A stretch of 35,502 nt of DNA from Luteolibacter sp. (GTDB lineage: Bacteria > Verrucomicrobiota > Verrucomicrobiia > Verrucomicrobiales > Akkermansiaceae): positions 1-35,502 of the forward strand of contig JBIHZT010000001.1 in NCBI GenBank assembly GCA_044240265.1, read 5' to 3'. The notes under the pieces were generated by a model. That model was given only the letters and a program-made list of their open reading frames with translations, was not told the origin of the DNA and did no database searches. Numbering within the stretch: position 1 is the first letter of the stretch; each line of letters opens with the position of its first letter. Positions 28,885 through 35,502 of the stretch are shown one piece after another. A program made the translations under genes and the position numbers.

Positions 28885-31473
28885 TCACTCCCGCCGTGCC
28901 AATGCCCGCCCGGTGGGCGACACTCGATTCTGCCGGATCACCTCCGGCGGTCCCTCGGCCACCAGCAGTCCGCCATGAATCCCGCCACCCGGACCGAGCT
29001 CGATCACCCAGTCGGATACGGCGATCACGTCCAGATGATGCTCCACCACCAGCACGCTGTGGCCCGCGTCACGCAACCGGAGAAACGCAGCCAGCAGCTT
29101 TTCGACATCGCCGAAATGCAGCCCGGTCGTCGGCTCGTCAAAGAGATACAACGTGTGCGGCGCCTGCGGTTTCGCCAGTTCCACCGCCAGCTTCAGCCGT
29201 TGCGCTTCACCACCGGAAAGTGTGTTCGCCGGCTGCCCGAGCTGCAAATACCCGAGCCCGAGATCCTCCAGCGTTTCCAAAATCCGATGAATCTTGGGAA
29301 TCGGCCGGAAAAAAGCCCGCGCCTCGCTCACGGAAAGCGCCAGCACCTCGGCGACGGATTTCCCCTTGTAAGTCACCTCCAGCGTCTCGCGATTGAACCG
29401 CCGCCCGCCACACGCAGGACAAGCCACCCACGCGTCCGGCAGGAAATGCATCTCGATTTTCAACCGCCCGTTCCCCTGGCAGCGCTCACAACGCCCGCCC
29501 GCCGCGTTGAAACTAAAGCGCCCCGGCCCGTAGCCGCGCTGCTTCGATAAATTCAGCTTCGTGAACAGATCCCGCACCAGATCGAACACCCCGGTAAACG
29601 TCGCCGGATTCGACCGCGGGCTTCTCCCGATCGGCGACTGGTCCGCCACCACGAATTTCTCGATCAACTCCAGCCCCTCGATCGCGTCATGAGCCCCCGG
29701 AGCCTCGCCCGAGCCATTGAAATGCCGCGCCAGCACCCGCCGCAGGATGTCATCCGCCAGCGTGGATTTCCCGCTCCCGCTCGGCCCGCTCAAGCAAACC
29801 AGCCGCCCCAGCGGACTCACCACATCCAAATTCCGCAAATTATGCTCCCGCGCCCCCCGGATCACCAACTCCCCGCTCTTCTCCTTCTTGAATCTGGATT
29901 CTTGCCTCTGGTTTCTCCCCCGCAACCACTCCCCCGTCGGCGAATCAATCTCCCCCGGCACTCCCGCCGCCAGCAGCTCGCCGCCCGCCGCGCCCGCACC
30001 CGGCCCGATATCGATCAGCCAATCCGCCGCCCGGATGATCTCCTCGTCGTGCTCCACCACCACCACCGTATTTCCCAAATCCCGCAACCGCGTCAGCGCG
30101 CCGATCAACCGCGCCGTATCCGCCGCGTGCAGCCCGATGCTCGGCTCGTCCAGCACGTAAATCACCCCGGAAAGCCCCGCGCCCAGCTGCGTCGCCAGCC
30201 GGATCCGCTGTGCCTCGCCTCCTGATAGCGTCCCGCTCGTCCGTTGCAGCATCAGGTAATCCAGCCCCACCTCCACCAAAAACGCCAACCGCGTCCGCAC
30301 ATCGTTTGCAAGCCGCCTGCAAACCTCCGCCTTCCCCGGCTCAAACGCGATCCCCTCCATCCACCGCATCGCATCCGCCACCCCCAGCTCACAGAAATCC
30401 TGAATCCCCAGCCAATCTCCGCCCGCTCCTGCGATCTTCACCGCCAGCCACTCCGGCTTCAACCGCCGCCCGCCACACACACCACACGGCCGGTGCGCCA
30501 TGAACTTCGCCAGCTTCCGCCGCGTGAGCTCCGACTTCGCCTCGCGGTATCTTAAGAGCGTCTTCTCCGCATCCTCCCCCTCGCCTAGCAGCGCCGGATC
30601 GCAAAACATCTCCGTCCCCAGCCCCTCGCACGCCTCACAAGCTCCGAGGTGCGAGTTGAAGGAAAAATGCTTCGGCGAAAGCTCCTCCACCACGAACCCC
30701 GTCCGCGGATTCCGATAACTCGTCTGGAACGCCAAATCCCGCCACGCATCCCCACCCGGCTCCTGCACCGCCGCCCGCGCCTCCGCCCCGCACAGCCGCA
30801 GCGCCGTTTCCACCGAGTCCGCCAGCCGCGACTCCACCCCCGGCCGGATCACAAACCGATCCACCACGATCTCCACCGCCGCCGGAAACTCCGGCCACCG
30901 CGCCGCCGCCTCCTCGATTTCCAACACCTCCCCGTCCACCCGCACCCGGATGTATCCCTGCCGCTGCAAATCCCCGAGCAACCTCGCCGGCTCCCCCAGC
31001 TCCTCCGCCGGCAGCGGTGCCAGCAAAACCACCTTCGTCCCCTCCGCCATCGCCGCCAGCACATTCAAGATGTCCGCCGCGCTCATTCGCTCCAGCCGCT
31101 CGCCCGTCACCGGATCGTGCGGAATCCCCGCCGCCGCCCACAGCACGCGCAGGTAGTCGTAGATCTCCGTCGCCGTCGCCACCGTCGAGCGCGGGTTCAG
31201 CCCGCCGCCGCGCTGCTCGATCGCGATCGCCGGGCTCAGCCCCTCGATCGAATCCACGTCCGGCTTCTCCAATTGATCCAGAAACTGCCGCGCATACACC
31301 GACAGCGATTCCACATACCGCCGCTGCCCCTCCGCGTACAGCGTGTGAAATGCCAGCGACGATTTCCCCGATCCGCTCGGCCCCGTGATCACCACGAGTT
31401 TCCCGCGTGGGATGTCCACGTCGATGTTCTTCAAATTATGCTGCCGTGCCCCACGGATTCGGATCGCGTCCAC
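28885..31473 (-). CDS. uvrA: Excinuclease ABC subunit A (compact, about 862 aa)
   Basis: [41 protein letters not shown], two LSGGEAQR signatures, [15 protein letters not shown] and [11 protein letters not shown] 31473 is the preferred start. Confidence 0.95.
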   Translation of the reverse strand: MDAIRIRGARQHNLKNIDVDIPRGKLVVITGPSGSGKSSLAFHTLYAEGQRRYVESLSVYARQFLDQLEKPDVDSIEGLSPAIAIEQRGGGLNPRSTVATATEIYDYLRVLWAAAGIPHDPVTGERLERMSAADILNVLAAMAEGTKVVLLAPLPAEELGEPARLLGDLQRQGYIRVRVDGEVLEIEEAAARWPEFPAAVEIVVDRFVIRPGVESRLADSVETALRLCGAEARAAVQEPGGDAWRDLAFQTSYRNPRTGFVVEELSPKHFSFNSHLGACEACEGLGTEMFCDPALLGEGEDAEKTLLRYREAKSELTRRKLAKFMAHRPCGVCGGRRLKPEWLAVKIAGAGGDWLGIQDFCELGVADAMRWMEGIAFEPGKAEVCRRLANDVRTRLAFLVEVGLDYLMLQRTSGTLSGGEAQRIRLATQLGAGLSGVIYVLDEPSIGLHAADTARLIGALTRLRDLGNTVVVVEHDEEIIRAADWLIDIGPGAGAAGGELLAAGVPGEIDSPTGEWLRGRNQRQESRFKKEKSGELVIRGAREHNLRNLDVVSPLGRLVCLSGPSGSGKSTLADDILRRVLARHFNGSGEAPGAHDAIEGLELIEKFVVADQSPIGRSPRSNPATFTGVFDLVRDLFTKLNLSKQRGYGPGRFSFNAAGGRCERCQGNGRLKIEMHFLPDAWVACPACGGRRFNRETLEVTYKGKSVAEVLALSVSEARAFFRPIPKIHRILETLEDLGLGYLQLGQPANTLSGGEAQRLKLAVELAKPQAPHTLYLFDEPTTGLHFGDVEKLLAAFLRLRDAGHSVLVVEHHLDVIAVSDWVIELGPGGGIHGGLLVAEGPPEVIRQNRVSPTGRALARRE

Positions 31474-31548
31474 GCGCCCACAACAATCCGCCAGGCAGAA
31501 ACTTCCAAGCCTCAAACGTCCGCTGCGGTTTCCCGAAAGAGGGCCGCC

Positions 31549-31995
31549 TTAGAATTTCGGACTCTGGTTGAGCAGCAACCAATACAACCCGAGGTGTTGG
31601 ACCGCAGCCGCGAATCCTTCGAAATCGACGGGTTTGGCGATGTAGCTGTTGACCCCCAGTTGGTAACTTTCCACCAAGTCGGTCTGCTCCTTGGAAGAGG
31701 TGAGCACGACGACCGGGATCAGGCGGGTGCGCGGATCGCCTTTGACGCGTCTGAGCACTTCCAAGCCGCTGATCTTCGGAAGTTTCAGGTCGAGCAGGAT
31801 GATCTTGGGCGTGAAGTCGAGGGTTCGACCGGCATGCGGACCTTCGCAGAAAATGAAATCCAAGGCTTCCTCGCCGTCCCGCGCGACATGGATGCGATTG
31901 CAAAGATTGGCTTTTTTCAGGGCCCGCAGTGCGAGTTCCAGATCATCCGGGTTGTCTTCCACGAGGAGAATATCGACGGGTGAAACTTGATTCAT
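31549..31995 (-). CDS. Single-domain response regulator (Rcp1-like, 148 aa)
   Basis: [38 protein letters not shown] and LGLYW. ATGA overlap with the kinase gene. Confidence 0.92.
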   Translation of the reverse strand: MNQVSPVDILLVEDNPDDLELALRALKKANLCNRIHVARDGEEALDFIFCEGPHAGRTLDFTPKIILLDLKLPKISGLEVLRRVKGDPRTRLIPVVVLTSSKEQTDLVESYQLGVNSYIAKPVDFEGFAAAVQHLGLYWLLLNQSPKF

Positions 31996-33542
31996 GAGTT
32001 GGTGAGGTTTTCGAGGGTGAACGAAAAGGTGGCTCCTTGTCCCAGAGTCGCGGCGACCCAAATGCGCCCGCCGTGGCGATGGACGACACGCTGGACGATG
32101 GCGAGTCCGACGCCGGTCCCTTCGTAATCCTCCATCCGGTGCAGCCGCTGGAAGACGCCGAAAAGCTTGTCGGCATAGCGCAAGTTAAAACCGGTGCCGT
32201 TGTCGCGGACGAAATAGACCGTGCCTTCGGCGCTCATTTCGAAGCCAATCTCGATCTGCGCGGGATCGCACTTGCGGGTGTATTTCAGAGCGTTGGAAAG
32301 CAGGTTCACCCACACTTGGCGGAGCAGCGCTTCATCGCCGGTGCAGTCGGGGAGCTCGTCGACGCTGAACACGATCGGGCGATTCTTTTCATGAACCATC
32401 AAGTCAGCGAGCACGGCGCGCACGAGCTCGGCGGTCACCACCGCTTTTTGGTGAATCGGCTGGCGGCCGAGGCGGGAGAAGGCCAATAAATCATCGATGA
32501 GGGTGCCCATTTTCTGGGCCCCTTTTCGGATTTTCTCGAGATCGCGCCGGCCCTCCTCGGGCAGCAACTCGGTGTAATCCTCGACCAGCGCTTGGGAAAA
32601 ACCGTCCACCGCGCGCAGCGGCGCGCGCAAGTCATGGGAGACCGAGTAGGAAAACGCCTCGAGTTCCTTGTTGGCGGCTTCCAACTGCGCGGTGCGGTCG
32701 ATGACGCGCTGCTCAAGCTCGGTGTTCAGGGTTTGGATGATTTCCTCCGCTCTTCTGCGCTCGGTGATGTCACGGATCATTGCCAACAAATTGCCATCCG
32801 GCATCAGACTGGCGATCACTTCCGCAGGGAACGTCGATCCGTCCTTGCGCCGGAATAGCCAAATCCGGTGGTAGTCCGGACTGGACTTGATCAGTTCCAG
32901 TGCCGCTTCGATGTGCTGGATTTCCTCCAGAGCCAGAATGCCGCCGAGGTCCATGCCGATGATTTCCTCGCGGGTGTAACCGAGCATCCGGCACATGCTG
33001 GCGTTGGCGTCGAGATAGGAGCTGTCATCGGTGATGACGATGCCGTCCGGCGCATACTCGAACAGAGCCCGGTAGCGTGCCTCGCTCTCTTGCACTGCTG
33101 CTTCGGCCCGTTTGCGCTCGGTGATGTCGGCGCGGATGGCCACGTATTGACGCGGTCTCCCCGCATCGTCGAGAAACGGCACGATGGTGGTGTCCACCCA
33201 GTAGAAAGAGCCGTCCTTGGCGCGGTTCTTGATTTCCCCGTGCCAAACTTGGCCATGGGTGATGGCGGTCCACAGCTCGCGAATGAATTCCTTGGGGTGG
33301 TGGCCGGAGTTGATGATGCGGTGGTCCCGGCCGATGAGTTCGGCGCGGGAGTATTGCGAAATCGCGCAGAACTTGTCGTTGACGAAGGTGATGCGGCCCT
33401 GCGGGTCGGTGATGGCGACGATGGCGTGCTCGTCGAGCGCGTATTTCAGGTCGTTGATTTCCCGCAGCGAATCGCGCAATTGATCCACGGAAGAGGCGGA
33501 GCCGGCGGAGGGCTTGCCGGCGGAAAGGTCGGCCGAGATCAT
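31992..33542 (-). CDS. PAS-PAS sensor histidine kinase (516 aa)
   Basis: PAS/PAC motifs ([20 protein letters not shown]), H-box [29 protein letters not shown] and GTGVGLA. Confidence 0.92.
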   Translation of the reverse strand: MISADLSAGKPSAGSASSVDQLRDSLREINDLKYALDEHAIVAITDPQGRITFVNDKFCAISQYSRAELIGRDHRIINSGHHPKEFIRELWTAITHGQVWHGEIKNRAKDGSFYWVDTTIVPFLDDAGRPRQYVAIRADITERKRAEAAVQESEARYRALFEYAPDGIVITDDSSYLDANASMCRMLGYTREEIIGMDLGGILALEEIQHIEAALELIKSSPDYHRIWLFRRKDGSTFPAEVIASLMPDGNLLAMIRDITERRRAEEIIQTLNTELEQRVIDRTAQLEAANKELEAFSYSVSHDLRAPLRAVDGFSQALVEDYTELLPEEGRRDLEKIRKGAQKMGTLIDDLLAFSRLGRQPIHQKAVVTAELVRAVLADLMVHEKNRPIVFSVDELPDCTGDEALLRQVWVNLLSNALKYTRKCDPAQIEIGFEMSAEGTVYFVRDNGTGFNLRYADKLFGVFQRLHRMEDYEGTGVGLAIVQRVVHRHGGRIWVAATLGQGATFSFTLENLTNS

Positions 33543-33575
33543 TGGGGTGATGAGGAGCTAGAGGCAGGAGGAATT

Positions 33576-35502
33576 TCACTTGGTCTCAAGGACTTGCCGT
33601 ATAGCCCCCAGCAAAGTGGCCACCGCGTAGGGTTTGGTGAGGAACCGGTGGACGCCAAGGTCGGCAATGCGGGCGATACACTCGTCAGGGGCGAGCCCGC
33701 TGACGACGATGATGCGCAATCCCGGGTCGACTCCGCGCAGGAGTTCAATGGTTGCCGGACCATCCATGACAGGCATGTTCATATCGATCAGAACGAGCCC
33801 GATTTCCTCGCCACGGCTGACATAGAGCGAGACAGCCTCGGCACCGTTGGAAGCGAGCAGCACGCGGTAGCCGGAGACTTCAAGCGTGTGGCGGGTGATT
33901 TCGCGCACTGTGGCTGCATCGTCCACGACCAGGATCAGTTCACCCTGGCCCTGGGGCATTGCAGCTGCGAGGACAGTGGGGGTGGCGGCCGCCCCGCTCC
34001 AAGCGGGCAAATAGACCAGAAACTTGCTGCCGTTGCCTGGCTCGCTCTCGACTTGGAGAAATCCGCCATGATTTTTGACGATGCCCAGCGAGGTGGAGAG
34101 CCCGAGTCCGGTGCCGTGGTCGACTTCCTTGGTGGTGAAAAACGGGTCGAAGATTTCGCGGAGGATTTCCGGCGTCATCCCGGTGCCGTTGTCGTCAATC
34201 CGGATCAGCACATAGGGGCCGGAACGGGCGCCGGGATCGAGTGTGGCGAGGGCGTCATCGAGCGTGATGTTCTCGGCGGAAAGTGTCAGCGTGCCGCCGC
34301 TGGGCATCGCATCGCGGGCGTTGACGCAGAGGTTGAGCAACACCTGGTGAAGCTGGGTGGGATCGCCCTGCACCATCCACAGGTCGGGTGGAAGGTGGGT
34401 GCGGACCTCGATGTTCTTGAGGAAAGTCTCATTGACGAGGCTCTCGATTTCCAAAATCAGGCGGTTGACCTGCACTTCGATGCGCCGCCCTTCCCCGCCG
34501 CGGGTGAACGACAGCACCTGCCGGACCATTTCCATGCCGTGCTGCGCGCTGGCTTCGATGATCGAAACCACCTCTTGGCCCGAAAGATCTGGAACCCGCG
34601 GCTTGAGCAACGCCACCGACATCATGATCGGTGCCAACACGTTGTTGAGATCATGGACTATGCCGCTGGCCAGTGTCCCGATGCTCTCCATGCGCTGGGC
34701 TCGCAGAAACCGTAGTTCGAGATTTTTGAGATCGGTGAGATCCACCACGAAGCAGACGCTCTCATCGGGATCGTATTCGAAAGCGGCCGCGCCGATGAGC
34801 ACGGGGACTCGCGAACCGTCGCGGCGATGGTATTCCTTTTCGTAGTGGGCGCAGACGCCGACAGCGGCGAGTTCCTGCAGGCAGCGCAGGTCGAGGGGCG
34901 CAAACTCGACCGGCGTCAGGTCGCTCAAGCTGAGCCCTCCGGCCTCCATCTCTTCGCGGCTGTAGCCGATGATTTTCAGAAACGCGTCGTTCGCGCCGGT
35001 GATCTCGCCAGTGGTCCTGCGGAAGACGACGCCTTGGCCGCTGGAATCGACCAACCGACGGAAGCGCTCATCGGTACGTTTGCGTTCGCTGATATCGCGC
35101 ACGACCGCCACGATGTAGTCGCGCTCTTGGCGGAACCAATTAGCGCTGAACTCCACCGGGAACTTGCTGCCATCTTTGCGGCGATGGGAACTTTCCCACG
35201 TGAGGGCCCCGGCGAGGCGGATTTTATCAGTGAGTTCGCGCCAGGTTTCGTCGGTAAGCGTCGGATCGATGTCGATGAGGCGCAGTTTCAGGAATTCCTC
35301 GCGGGTGTAACCGAGGCCGGCCGGGCCTTGTTGGTTGACGTTAAGAAACAGCGCGGTTTCCGGATCGACGGTCCCGATGGTATCGCCGGAGTGGTCCACC
35401 AAGGTGCGGAACAACGTGAGCGAGCGCTCCGCCTCAGCGCGGTCGCGCCGCAACTCTGCCTGTTCCATCGCCTGGTAGATCGCTGGAGCCAGTCGGCCGA
35501 GG
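33576..35502 (-). CDS. Hybrid PAS-PAS histidine kinase/response regulator (CckA-like), 5'-partial
   Basis: The frame is open to the window edge (LGRLAPAIYQAMEQ, like the end of a REC domain). Two PAS domains, H-box GTLASGIVHDLNN, NLCVNARDAM, FDPFFTTK and a C-terminal REC domain. Confidence 0.9.
   Translation of the reverse strand, partial: LGRLAPAIYQAMEQAELRRDRAEAERSLTLFRTLVDHSGDTIGTVDPETALFLNVNQQGPAGLGYTREEFLKLRLIDIDPTLTDETWRELTDKIRLAGALTWESSHRRKDGSKFPVEFSANWFRQERDYIVAVVRDISERKRTDERFRRLVDSSGQGVVFRRTTGEITGANDAFLKIIGYSREEMEAGGLSLSDLTPVEFAPLDLRCLQELAAVGVCAHYEKEYHRRDGSRVPVLIGAAAFEYDPDESVCFVVDLTDLKNLELRFLRAQRMESIGTLASGIVHDLNNVLAPIMMSVALLKPRVPDLSGQEVVSIIEASAQHGMEMVRQVLSFTRGGEGRRIEVQVNRLILEIESLVNETFLKNIEVRTHLPPDLWMVQGDPTQLHQVLLNLCVNARDAMPSGGTLTLSAENITLDDALATLDPGARSGPYVLIRIDDNGTGMTPEILREIFDPFFTTKEVDHGTGLGLSTSLGIVKNHGGFLQVESEPGNGSKFLVYLPAWSGAAATPTVLAAAMPQGQGELILVVDDAATVREITRHTLEVSGYRVLLASNGAEAVSLYVSRGEEIGLVLIDMNMPVMDGPATIELLRGVDPGLRIIVVSGLAPDECIARIADLGVHRFLTKPYAVATLLGAIRQVLETK

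Noticed and set aside
31549-35502. Phytochrome system suggested by the Rcp1-like regulator and [10 protein letters not shown]-box
   Set aside because: No GAF/PHY photosensory module is present. This is an ordinary PAS kinase cluster.

Overview
GC-rich bacterial window. PEP-CTERM, PATR, prepilin and 'F-x-R-L-x-V' C-terminal proteins point to Verrucomicrobiota, probably Luteolibacter/Haloferula-like (inference). About 1-28.7 kb looks like a composite, partly decayed genomic island abutting the 3' end of a tRNA(CAT) gene. From left to right it holds: (i) a CpXC-like protein and a DUF1257(Ycf35)-DUF2997-small ORF-Ycf46 AAA+ module that is starting to decay; (ii) an integron remnant without an integrase (attI-like site, three cassettes, two complete attC sites, and a third attC cut at the GT|T target by the 3' end of a group IIC intron); (iii) a ~21.6 kb glycan-foraging locus with a chondroitinase-ABC-type PL8 lyase fused to a PATR beta-helix stalk, a prepilin-type protein, a PEP-CTERM PATR protein, a second PATR protein, a GH2 beta-galactosidase and a divergent beta-propeller sensor kinase with a NarL/LuxR regulator, where the palindrome TGGGCA-N4-TGCCCA (one copy TTGGCA) sits in three upstream regions; (iv) mobile-element debris and att-like repeats. 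To the right of the tRNA lie a compact uvrA that lacks the insertion domain and a PAS kinase/response regulator cluster. All calls come from reading motifs by eye. No searches were run.
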